This document shows, piece after piece, positions 1-8,858 of a stretch of 64,000 bases of DNA. Numbering within the stretch: position 1 is the first letter of the stretch; each line of letters opens with the position of its first letter. The stretch lies in IMG/VR virus record IMGVR_UViG_3300025728_000001, positions 1-64,000 of that record. One strand, written 5' to 3'. This DNA is from a virus. Below the pieces are notes generated by a model. The model searched no databases, was not told where the DNA came from, and saw only the letters and a program-made list of their open reading frames with translations. The position numbers and the translations under genes are program-made.

Positions 1-155
1 CTCAGGTGCAGGCCGCCGAGGCTATCGGTATCAGTGAGCGCGCCATGCGCAACTACCTGAGCAAGACCGCGGGGAAGTACATCGCTCCCCCCTACCCGGT
101 CCAGTACGCGCTTGAGCAGTTGGCCGCCTACATTGGGAATAAGCCCGCGAAGTGA
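1..155 (+). CDS. XRE-type HTH protein, 5'-truncated by window edge
   Basis: Manual translation from nt 3: QVQAAEAIGISERAMRNYLS...PYPVQYALEQL, stop at 153-155. Confidence 0.7.
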   Translation, partial: QVQAAEAIGISERAMRNYLSKTAGKYIAPPYPVQYALEQLAAYIGNKPAK

Positions 156-173
156 GTAGAGAGGAATTTCGCT

Positions 174-440
174 ATGAGTACCTACACGCCACCGCCGATG
201 ACCAAAGAACAAATCAACAACCTGGTGCGCCATCACATCAGCGCTTTTCAAGTGGCCGATTCACGCATGGCGCTCGCGCTCAGGATGGCGCATATCCAGG
301 GAGTCTTGGAATTCGCTATCCGCGATTACCGCCTGACCATTGAGGAAGAGCTGGCGTTGGGCGTGGAAGCTGAAAACGCGATGAACGCAAGAGCTGAGCA
401 GCTGGCTCAGGAAAAAGCATCGAAAGGAACCCCGCAATGA
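174..440 (+). CDS. hypothetical phage protein
   Basis: ORF with GAGG RBS, ATGA-coupled to next gene. Confidence 0.7.
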   Translation: MSTYTPPPMTKEQINNLVRHHISAFQVADSRMALALRMAHIQGVLEFAIRDYRLTIEEELALGVEAENAMNARAEQLAQEKASKGTPQ

Positions 441-652
441 GTACCACGCCAGTCGAAAAGCCCCTCAAGCGCACGCTGTTACAGCGCCTGTTCCGTGGCG
501 GCCTGGGACGTCCGCTGATCAACCTATGGGTGGAGGAACAAACCGCCGGCTTTGGCCAGCGCCATACCGAAACCCGTCTCAAGCTTGGCCGCTATACGGT
601 GCTGCACTGGGAGAGCATCAAGACGGACATGGATCAATTCGACCGAAGCTAA
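437..652 (+). CDS. hypothetical phage protein
   Basis: AAAGGA RBS, coupled ORF. Confidence 0.65.
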   Translation: MSTTPVEKPLKRTLLQRLFRGGLGRPLINLWVEEQTAGFGQRHTETRLKLGRYTVLHWESIKTDMDQFDRS

Positions 653-667
653 AAAGGAATCCCCTGC

Positions 668-1111
668 ATGGTCCTGAAAACCCGCAAACCGAAACGCGCC
701 CCGCCCGCGCCAGAGCAGCCGATTGTGTGGGAGCGCGCCGATCCGGCCGCCCTGGCCAAGTTCGACCCGGCGACAAAGACCTGCACCATGAATTGCGGCA
801 AGCACGCGCACGACCCGCGCAGCTACAAAGAATTGAAATTCATGTGCGACGACTGCGACTGCCACGCTGCTCCAGTCCCCACCGTGACTGTGAGCGTCAA
901 GGAGCTGGCCGAACTGCGCCGCAATGCGGAGCGCTATAGCTGGCTGCGCGAGCGTTCGTGGTACATCGACCAGGCGGCGCATGTGTTCGGGATGATCGAA
1001 CCGCGTAAACCCTGGAGTGATCGACCGCCCCGGCCCGACTGGGATGAGGTCGAGCAAAAGCTGGACGAGGTGATCAGCGGTCGGGATGAGCACCAATCAG
1101 AATACGAGTAA
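668..1111 (+). CDS. hypothetical phage protein (Cys/His cluster plus NAERYxWLR module)
   Basis: AAGGA RBS; recurrent phage RYxWLR module. Confidence 0.7.
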   Translation: MVLKTRKPKRAPPAPEQPIVWERADPAALAKFDPATKTCTMNCGKHAHDPRSYKELKFMCDDCDCHAAPVPTVTVSVKELAELRRNAERYSWLRERSWYIDQAAHVFGMIEPRKPWSDRPPRPDWDEVEQKLDEVISGRDEHQSEYE

Positions 1112-1137
1112 CGCCTAATCAGAAAGGAACCCCTGTC

Positions 1138-1404
1138 ATGCTGACTGAGAAAACCATCGAGCCCAAGGAAAAAGCACTGCGTAAAGGTTCATTCATGCGC
1201 TGGCTGTCAACGTTTGAGCTGGGCGAGATTCGCATTAAAGAGTACGACTCCCGAGAGGGGGCAGTCCGTGATCATCGCTCGCTCTTTAACCACTCCAGAT
1301 TCAAAGGTGCGATGAAGGACATGCGGTTTTCTGGCTCGCAGGGGCTTGCGGTCTATTCCGACTTAAACGGCGTCCATATTCTGCGCGTCGAACGCACAAG
1401 CTAA
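1138..1404 (+). CDS. hypothetical phage protein
   Basis: AAAGGA RBS. Confidence 0.65.
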   Translation: MLTEKTIEPKEKALRKGSFMRWLSTFELGEIRIKEYDSREGAVRDHRSLFNHSRFKGAMKDMRFSGSQGLAVYSDLNGVHILRVERTS

Positions 1405-1437
1405 ACAAACCAAACCTAACCGCCAGAGATAAACGAT

Positions 1438-1923
1438 ATGACAAAGAGACTCATGGAAGCCCCCCGGCTTGAATCCACGCCTTGCGCGCACTGCACCGCC
1501 ACTGGGTTGCGCGCTGGCGTTGATTGCCCCCGTTGCCACGGCCTGGGATCGTTCCTGACCAAACGCGGCCGAGCTGCTCGCGCCTACATGCGTACCCTGC
1601 TGGAAAAGCCGGGTGTGTCGGTAGTTGTGGGCGATGTAGTGTGGTTCCCGGTCGGGAGCTTGAAGGTCGCCACCGCTGTGCTGCGCGTGGAACTGGACGT
1701 AGGCCCAACCCGTCGCATTCGACTGCATGGCAAGCGCCGCAAGACTGACGAAGACATTGCCTTTACCGTCGCCACCGGCGGCCTGGTGGATCTGGCGTAT
1801 ACCCCGCAAGAGCTGGAAGAGGTCCGGGCCAAGGTCGAGGCGTACCAAGCGACCCTGGCCAAAACCGGCGAGGTATCAAAGCGCCCACGCTCCCTTAGTC
1901 GAGTCCTCAAGCGCGCCGCGTAA
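1438..1923 (+). CDS. hypothetical protein with CxxCxxxG zinc-finger pair
   Basis: CAHCTATG and CPRCHGLG. Confidence 0.7.
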   Translation: MTKRLMEAPRLESTPCAHCTATGLRAGVDCPRCHGLGSFLTKRGRAARAYMRTLLEKPGVSVVVGDVVWFPVGSLKVATAVLRVELDVGPTRRIRLHGKRRKTDEDIAFTVATGGLVDLAYTPQELEEVRAKVEAYQATLAKTGEVSKRPRSLSRVLKRAA

Positions 1924-2014
1924 ATGACGCAAAGGCACCAAAGCGGTAAAGCGTTTTGGTGCCTTAAAGTTAGCCCCGCGGCCATCGGGGCCGACCGAAC
2001 ATAAGGCGTAGGGC

Positions 2015-2770
2015 ATGAGCGAAGTATTAGCGGTGCGTGAGAGTGATCAAGTAATGCGCGAGCTGGCGCAGACGAAAGCATCCGTTATCGAAGCTCAACG
2101 GGTGCTTATTGTTGGCGCTGGCGCTCTCCCCAAGCTGCTGGGGGAGTTGAACGACAGCCTGGCCGAGTTGGGCTATGTGTGCGTGCCGATTGAGCCCGCG
2201 CAAGGCCTGTACAAGACGTTTGCGGATCTGCTGGCGTGTCCGTCGCTGGCGCCGCTGCTGGAAACCACTGAGTTGGTGCAGGTGGTAGCTGATGATCGGC
2301 CCCATACGCACGGTGTCGCCATTGAGCCCGATCCGCAGCAATCAGCCTATGCGCCGTATGTTCCCGAAGGCGCCAGGCAGGCCGACGCGGCGCTTGATGA
2401 ATCGAGTATTGTCGAGCGCCAGATTCTCGCCCTGGAGCAATCACTTGCCCTTTCGGGCGCTGCACCTGAGCCCGTTGCCGACGATCCGTTGCCCGTTGTG
2501 GCTGACGTGTCGAAGCTCGACATGGGCAAGCCAATCAACTGGAAGTTGGGCGATGTCTTTATCTCCAACCCCCGCGTCACTCTCCCGCACAAGGTCCGTA
2601 AGTGGATTCTCGACTCGCTGGACGTTACCAATCTGGAAAATCTGCGTGGGGTGGACGTTCAACTCAGAAGTCCGAACACGACCACCACTGAACTGATGAC
2701 GCTCAAGCAATTTATGGCTGAGTATTTGTTCCTGAGACGCCCGGTAGCAGAGCAAAGCGCCGCCGAGTAA
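2015..2770 (+). CDS. hypothetical, probably late protein
   Basis: 251-aa ORF downstream of a late-promoter-like motif. Confidence 0.7.
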   Translation: MSEVLAVRESDQVMRELAQTKASVIEAQRVLIVGAGALPKLLGELNDSLAELGYVCVPIEPAQGLYKTFADLLACPSLAPLLETTELVQVVADDRPHTHGVAIEPDPQQSAYAPYVPEGARQADAALDESSIVERQILALEQSLALSGAAPEPVADDPLPVVADVSKLDMGKPINWKLGDVFISNPRVTLPHKVRKWILDSLDVTNLENLRGVDVQLRSPNTTTTELMTLKQFMAEYLFLRRPVAEQSAAE

Positions 2771-2792
2771 CCCCGTTTCGACGCCTCAAAAT
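2751..2792 (+). promoter_or_regulatory. late-promoter motif before MTase gene
   Basis: AGCAAA-N30-CAAAAT. Confidence 0.6.
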
Positions 2793-2826
2793 ATGGGCTT
2801 GCATACCACTATGTAGGCCCTTATCC

Positions 2827-5800
2827 ATGCCCCCCAATGCCATAGAGCAAGCCCGGAGCGCCGCAAAGCTGTTACAGCTACGCGCGCCGCTACTGTCGGG
2901 CAGTCTTACCCCCATCGAACAAATGCGCGCCACGGCCGAATCTATCGAGCTGCATGCCGCTCTGTTGGACGCCCTCCCGGAATCAGCGCCAAACCCCCTT
3001 AACGCCTTGGAGTTAATGCGCTTTAGCGCTGAGCTTCTGACGGTGCGCGCCAACCTGGAAGCCGGCAAGCTCAGCCCGATTGAACAGGTTCGCGCCAGTG
3101 CCCGAGGTTTGGAGCTGCGCGGGCTGCTGGGCTCCGCTCGACGCCCGCAACGGCGCCGGCAAACTGAGCCCGCCAATACCGTGCGGCTTCTGGTTACGGA
3201 CACCATCGCGCAGAAAAACGGCGGTCTGCTCGTTACCGGCAACTCGCTGGCGCTGTCGGCCTATGCCACGGCCTACATGGATCAGGCCAGGTTCACCATG
3301 ACGGCGGCCGGCCTGCTCTTCACCAAGGCTCAGGCCCGAGCAGCCAAGGCGCTACCGACCACGCAAGAAATCTTGCCGTCTGGCGCTGTGCTCTACACCT
3401 ACGCCGATCCCGAAGGCGTGGCGGTGGCGTACAAGGGTGATATCTCCGGGATTGCCCGCGACCTGGCCGACCTGAAAAGCCTGATGGCGCAGGAATGGGG
3501 ACCGGTGAAATTCCGCACCGTGTTTGGTGAGGATGCAGCGCCGGCGGACGTTGAGGCGTACCAGGAAGAACAGGCCGCCATTGCCCAACGCAAACAGGGC
3601 TCGCTCGATGAGGCGGCGCAGGCTATTGCTGATCAGCAGCTGGCGCAGGAACAGGAACAGCTCCGGATCCAAGCAGAAGCCGACGAAACCGCGCGCATCG
3701 TGGCGCAGAACCAAGCGGACGCCCAGGCTGAATTTGAGCGCACCATCGGCGCCGGCACCTCTGAAAACCCACTCTACCAGGCCTATCTCGACACCCTGGA
3801 AGAGCTGCCTACCAAGATCAGCAACGCCGAATTCATCGGGTGGGCGGGTATTCGTGCCGGCGAATTTGAACGACTGAGCAAAGGCCGCGTATCGAACGAC
3901 AGGGCTGGGCACCTGGCCTATGTGCGCCAGTGGGCGGATGAGCACCTTTCGGCGCGAGTGAAGACTGCAAAGGCGCTGGCTGACAACCCGGAATCTCTCC
4001 CTGATCCAGCCGCGCAAGGCCCGCTGGTCATCACCGCCGAGACACCTGACGCCACCATTGAAGGCGCCAGCGACGAGCAGCTACAGGCGAAGCTGTTGGC
4101 CGTGGCCAAGGACTTCTATCGCGGCCTGAGTCATGCCACCAAGGACATCGCGCGGCGCCTGGAGAAAGGCACCTACGACCGCGCCGACGCCATCAAGGCC
4201 CTCAAGCAGAACCGTGACTACCTGATTGAGCGGGTGCGAGCGAGCGCCGAGTGGGACACCGACATGATGGCGCGCATGGGCCGTCAGTACGGTGAGAAGT
4301 CCGTGGCCGAGCTGGAATCGATCCATGAGGCCATGGGTGGCGAGATTCGCAGCACGCAAAGCGACCGGGAAATGAATGGCAACGGTGGGCGCCGCACTGG
4401 CGCGGCTGTGGCCAACGAAGCCGCGCGCGGAATGGGCCAGCACCGTCTGGAACTGGGGATCTACATCAAGGCCCGCAAAGCCGCCGAGCCGGTACCGGCG
4501 CCAGTGGTCGACGAACCCGTAATAGACCAGCCCGCGGCAACGCCTGCGCAGGCTGTGCAGCACGAAATCATTGAGTACACCACCAAGAAGGACAAGGTTC
4601 TGCGCGGGATCATCCGCACGGACCTGAGCCTGGCCGAAGCCAAGGCCATCGACCCGTACACCTGGCGCATGAACGGCGGTTACTTCATTCGCGAGAAGCA
4701 CCTGGAAGGCGAAACCGCACATATCCAGGCTGCGCCGGCGCCGGTGGTGCTGTCGCCTGAGCAGCAAGTGGAGAAAGCCGCCACTGACGAACGCCTGGCC
4801 GAAGAGCGCCGCCAGAAAGCACTGGGTAGCCAAGTCGAGAAACTGCGCAGCGTGGCGAACAAGGCCATTGAGGGCGGTGAGGCTGGCATGGGCCAGGATC
4901 GCAACACCAACACCGCCAGGCGCGCCGGTATGGCCGCCAGCGCCATCGCCAAAGCATCCGCCAACAAGGCCGACGGCCAGACGCTCAACAACATCGCAGA
5001 CGCTATCGAAGTCGGCGCCGGTGGCCTGCTGACCAAACTCAGCAGCCGCGCCCAACTGGAAGAGCTGCAAAGAGCCTTGCGCATGGCGCAGTACGAGACG
5101 GATCGGCGCCTGAGCTATAGCGAGCAGTTGAAGCGCAAAGGCCGGCCATTCGATGACGAAGACTTGAAAAACGTCGTCATGCCGAGCCAGGTAACGTGGG
5201 CGAGCCGCTTCAATGACGCCGCCAAGATCATTGCCAAGAAAAGCCCAACCGGCAATGCCCGCCTGATTGCCGCCCTGTACAAGATGGGCGCCCGCTCCGA
5301 ACGCTTCACCATGAACCCCGAGGACGCGGCGATTACCCGCAAGGCCTACGACGTGCTCAAGGGTTTGAAAGAGGGGTACACGCTGCAAGACCCGATGGAA
5401 AGCCTCGCCCGCCAGGAGCGTTTGGCCCGGATGGGGATCACCGACGCCTCAACCTTGCGCGAAGCCACGCGCGAGCTGTTGCCGATGATGGTTGCAAAGA
5501 CCGAAGAGAGCGCCGTCAAAAAAGCTGAGCGGGCCATTATTGGCCAGAAGGTCGGTATCGACTTTTTCCCAACGCCTGCAAACGTGGCGCAGCGCATGGC
5601 CCGGCTGGCGGGTATCAGCAAGGGTATGCGGGTATTGGAGCCAAGCGCCGGCAACGGCAACCTGGCGGACGCTGCCAAGGCGGACGGCGGGGAGGTGGAC
5701 GTGATCGAGATATCCAGCCAGCTGCGCGACATCCTCACGGCCAAGGGCTACAACGTCGTTGATCACAACTTTGACGGCTTCACGCCCGAGCAGCCGTATC

Positions 5801-6069
5801 AGGCGATCCTGATGAACCCACCGTTTAGCCAGCGCCAGGACGCGGCACACATCATGCGCGCCTTTGGAATGCTCGCCAGTGGTGGCCGCCTGGTAGCGAT
5901 TGCTGGGGAGGGTGTGTTCTTCGGCCAGGATCAGAAGGCTGTCGCTTTCCGCACTTGGTTGGACACTCACAACGCCACGGTTGAAAAGCTGGACGGCGGC
6001 ACGTTCAAGGACAAAGAGCTGTTGGCGCAAACCGGCGCAAATGCCCGTCTGATCGTCCTCAAAAAGTAG
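2827..6069 (+). CDS. large protein with C-terminal N6-adenine DNA methyltransferase domain (Dar-like anti-restriction candidate)
   Basis: FFPTP, VLEPSAGNG (SAM-binding motif I) and NPPF (motif IV) in the last ~180 aa. Confidence 0.85.
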   Translation: MPPNAIEQARSAAKLLQLRAPLLSGSLTPIEQMRATAESIELHAALLDALPESAPNPLNALELMRFSAELLTVRANLEAGKLSPIEQVRASARGLELRGLLGSARRPQRRRQTEPANTVRLLVTDTIAQKNGGLLVTGNSLALSAYATAYMDQARFTMTAAGLLFTKAQARAAKALPTTQEILPSGAVLYTYADPEGVAVAYKGDISGIARDLADLKSLMAQEWGPVKFRTVFGEDAAPADVEAYQEEQAAIAQRKQGSLDEAAQAIADQQLAQEQEQLRIQAEADETARIVAQNQADAQAEFERTIGAGTSENPLYQAYLDTLEELPTKISNAEFIGWAGIRAGEFERLSKGRVSNDRAGHLAYVRQWADEHLSARVKTAKALADNPESLPDPAAQGPLVITAETPDATIEGASDEQLQAKLLAVAKDFYRGLSHATKDIARRLEKGTYDRADAIKALKQNRDYLIERVRASAEWDTDMMARMGRQYGEKSVAELESIHEAMGGEIRSTQSDREMNGNGGRRTGAAVANEAARGMGQHRLELGIYIKARKAAEPVPAPVVDEPVIDQPAATPAQAVQHEIIEYTTKKDKVLRGIIRTDLSLAEAKAIDPYTWRMNGGYFIREKHLEGETAHIQAAPAPVVLSPEQQVEKAATDERLAEERRQKALGSQVEKLRSVANKAIEGGEAGMGQDRNTNTARRAGMAASAIAKASANKADGQTLNNIADAIEVGAGGLLTKLSSRAQLEELQRALRMAQYETDRRLSYSEQLKRKGRPFDDEDLKNVVMPSQVTWASRFNDAAKIIAKKSPTGNARLIAALYKMGARSERFTMNPEDAAITRKAYDVLKGLKEGYTLQDPMESLARQERLARMGITDASTLREATRELLPMMVAKTEESAVKKAERAIIGQKVGIDFFPTPANVAQRMARLAGISKGMRVLEPSAGNGNLADAAKADGGEVDVIEISSQLRDILTAKGYNVVDHNFDGFTPEQPYQAILMNPPFSQRQDAAHIMRAFGMLASGGRLVAIAGEGVFFGQDQKAVAFRTWLDTHNATVEKLDGGTFKDKELLAQTGANARLIVLKK

Positions 6070-6090
6070 GCCCGCGCAACGCGAAAACCA

Positions 6091-6132
6091 TGCAAACCCC
6101 CGCCAAAAACGGGGGTTTTTCGCACTTAACAT
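6091..6132 (+). promoter_or_regulatory. late-promoter motif before capsid
   Basis: TGCAAA-N30-TAACAT. Confidence 0.7.
6094..6120 (+). terminator. intrinsic terminator overlapping the capsid promoter motif
   Basis: AAACCCCCG-loop-CGGGGGTTTTT. Confidence 0.7.
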
Positions 6133-6185
6133 CATTTCTGAAACGAATCGGGCGCAGCCCACCATTATCAGAAATGAGGTTACAC

Positions 6186-7871
6186 ATGCCTACGAATACT
6201 TACGCGCCCGACTCCGGTTTGGGTGAGGTTGCCGCCAAGGTTGGTACGCTGGTCGGTGCTGCGCGCGGCAACGGCAACATGCTCGACAGCATGAGCGCTT
6301 CGGCTCAGGACGTTGTGAAATTGGCCGTCGCCGATGCCAAAAACCTGCTGCCGGCCCGTATGGCTCGCCTGCTGGACAAGATCGACGGTGAAGGCAACCA
6401 GGCGTTGGCCGTTACCTCCATGCTGGACGGTATCGCCAGCTTCCAGCGCAAGCACGGCTTTACCCCGTCCGCCGACATGATCGATGCGGTACTGTCCCAG
6501 GCGGAAAACCTGGCAGACGGCAAGGCCACCAACGTGCTGCCGAACGGCACCACCTTGGACAGCATCAGCACCAACAACCAATCGGCCACCCTGTCGCACC
6601 AGCCAAACCGCATTGCGGTAGCCATCACCGGTGGTTTGAGCGAGGCGATTCCGTTCGGCGCCTACCTGCCGTCCGACCTCAGCTCTAACGAGTCGAAGCT
6701 GGCCATCATCACCAGCGTCGCCGGTTCGACCTTTGGCGGGTACACCGAGGGTGACATCCTTGACGGCACCAATGGTGGCCGCGAATACACCCGCTCCGAG
6801 CGTATCGTGACCGTTACCCTCGACGCCGAGCGTGATGCCGGTACCTTTGCCTTCAAAACCGGTTCTGCTGGCGGCGGCGCAACGGTGCCCCTGATCCGCA
6901 ATCGCACCGCTATCGTGGTGAACGGCTTCCCGGTGGCTTTCGAGCAGCCAAACAACTCCGGTACCGCCAACTCGCTGATTTCCGGCCAGGTCAAGATCGG
7001 CTCCACCAACCACGTCGTGACCGGTAGCGTCAATGTCACCACCGGCGCCGGTACCCTGGTGTTCGCTCCGGCACTGCCGGTCGCTACCGAAGTTGAAGCG
7101 CAAGGCTTCATTGACTTCGAAAAAAGCCCTGAGCTGGCCCCGTACATCGGCACCGTGGCTCAGAGCTTCTCGCTGTTCTGCGCCCCGACTCGCCTGATCA
7201 TGCAGGCCACCCCGGATTCCCGTAGCTCGACGCAATCGGAATTGGGCGCTGACCGTCTGACCATCGCTGTACAGGCTGCACGTACCCAGCTGGCGAACGA
7301 GCGTTACATCGCCGCCCTGAACAAGGTCCGCAAGCTGGCGAAGAACACCGCTCGCGAATACGACTTCAACGCGGCCGAGCAGCTGTTGCAGAAAACCCGT
7401 GCCCAAGGCTGGCGCGACTTCGGTTCCTTCGTGGCCGCGGTTGACCAGGACGTGGCCAACCAAACCATGGAATTCGGCCTGTCGTTCATGTACGTCGGCG
7501 CCAAGGGCATGTCGCAGTTCCTGTCGATGGGTACGGATGACTTCGTGCCGTCCGGTGTCGACGCCAAGGCCGGTATCTGGCGTGTCGGTCGCTACAAGAA
7601 CAAGTACGACGTCATTTACACCCCGTATGTCGTTCAGGAAACCGATTTCGATATCGAAATCCTCTGCATCGGTCGCTCCCCGCAAGTGGCGCGTAACCCG
7701 ATTGTGTTCTCGGATGCGGTGTCGCCAACCCTGATCCCGCTGGCAGTGAATGCGGACCTCAAAACCGGCGCGGCGCTGTTCTCCCGCCAGTTGACCGAGG
7801 TCAACCCGCACCAGCAATCGGCACTGGGCTGCGCGCTGATCACCATCAAGAACGTGTTTGCACTGAGCTAA
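6186..7871 (+). CDS. major capsid protein (P1 gp23-like)
   Basis: 561 aa from ATG 6186 after GAGG RBS; strongly biased codons; capsid-then-sheath order as in P1. Confidence 0.8.
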   Translation: MPTNTYAPDSGLGEVAAKVGTLVGAARGNGNMLDSMSASAQDVVKLAVADAKNLLPARMARLLDKIDGEGNQALAVTSMLDGIASFQRKHGFTPSADMIDAVLSQAENLADGKATNVLPNGTTLDSISTNNQSATLSHQPNRIAVAITGGLSEAIPFGAYLPSDLSSNESKLAIITSVAGSTFGGYTEGDILDGTNGGREYTRSERIVTVTLDAERDAGTFAFKTGSAGGGATVPLIRNRTAIVVNGFPVAFEQPNNSGTANSLISGQVKIGSTNHVVTGSVNVTTGAGTLVFAPALPVATEVEAQGFIDFEKSPELAPYIGTVAQSFSLFCAPTRLIMQATPDSRSSTQSELGADRLTIAVQAARTQLANERYIAALNKVRKLAKNTAREYDFNAAEQLLQKTRAQGWRDFGSFVAAVDQDVANQTMEFGLSFMYVGAKGMSQFLSMGTDDFVPSGVDAKAGIWRVGRYKNKYDVIYTPYVVQETDFDIEILCIGRSPQVARNPIVFSDAVSPTLIPLAVNADLKTGAALFSRQLTEVNPHQQSALGCALITIKNVFALS

Positions 7872-7882
7872 AGGGGGCTGTC

Positions 7883-8485
7883 ATGGCTGCGAAGAATGGC
7901 GTTAAAGCAGAGGTGAAAACCGCTGCTGCTAAACCCGCAGCGGCCCCAAAGACCCCGGAAGTCGTGGAGAAATCCACGGCCCTTCCGGGCGTTGGTGCGC
8001 CTGCTGATAACACGGCTCCACCAGGTAGCGAAAGCGAGGCGGACAAAGCCGCTCGCCTTGCCGAAGAGAAACGCTTGAGTGATGAGCTCCAGGCACTGAA
8101 AGACGCGGCCGAGGCGGCGCGCTTGCTGGCTGAGGAAATGGGGCTGCTGGAAGACGCGGCCCGCGCTGAGGATCTGGAGCGAACCGAGCGCCTGAAAACC
8201 ACGCAAACCCCCGCCGAAGATGGCGCCGGCAGTGCCGTAACTTTGATCGGGTGGGCGCTTCCTGAAATTAGCGAGTTCCCGGCAACGATCACCCTCGAAA
8301 ACCACACCCGCAACCGCACTCCGGTAGCCGGCGCCCAAGTTGTTTTGGAGCCCTACGCACAGGTTGAAGTAACGGTGACAGGGGATCAGTTCGCCAAGCT
8401 CGCCAAGGCGCTGACCAGCAGTGCACGGGCGCACAAGTGGGACAACCTCAAAGGCTTGCAGGTGAAATATGACCGTAAAAATTGA
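7883..8485 (+). CDS. putative virion/head accessory protein
   Basis: Ala/Lys/Pro-rich N-terminus; C-terminal domain resembles next ORF. Confidence 0.6.
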   Translation: MAAKNGVKAEVKTAAAKPAAAPKTPEVVEKSTALPGVGAPADNTAPPGSESEADKAARLAEEKRLSDELQALKDAAEAARLLAEEMGLLEDAARAEDLERTERLKTTQTPAEDGAGSAVTLIGWALPEISEFPATITLENHTRNRTPVAGAQVVLEPYAQVEVTVTGDQFAKLAKALTSSARAHKWDNLKGLQVKYDRKN

Positions 8486-8858
8486 TCGAAACGCTGGCAG
8501 TGCCCCGCGCCCTCTTGCTGAGGCGTTGGTGGCTGGCCAGTCGTTCCCGTTCCTGGCGTCTTTGACGCACAGCAACAAAAAAGCATTGGTGGTCCCGTCC
8601 TCGGGCATCAATACCCCGATTGCACCAGGTGAGCCGGTCCAGGTGAAGGTTAAGAGCCTCGACCAAGCCTGGCTGCTGGTTACGGACCTGGCTGAGCTGG
8701 CGCACCGCGCTGGCAATGACGCCGAAGACTTTGCCGTATTGACCGCGCCGAAAGTGGTTGAAGTGCCGACAGTGCTGGAAGAAGCGTCAGCGCCGGTCGA
8801 GTCGCCAGCCCCAGCCGACGCTAAGGGCAGCAAGACCAAAGCCCAGGAGGCTAAGTAA
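8469..8858 (+). CDS. putative virion/head accessory protein
   Basis: Between capsid and sheath; apparent paralog of preceding ORF. Confidence 0.6.
   Translation: MTVKIDRNAGSAPRPLAEALVAGQSFPFLASLTHSNKKALVVPSSGINTPIAPGEPVQVKVKSLDQAWLLVTDLAELAHRAGNDAEDFAVLTAPKVVEVPTVLEEASAPVESPAPADAKGSKTKAQEAK

Noticed and set aside
6090-6185. Upstream ATG for the capsid ORF
   Set aside because: Lies in the promoter/terminator; ATG 6186 has a GAGG RBS
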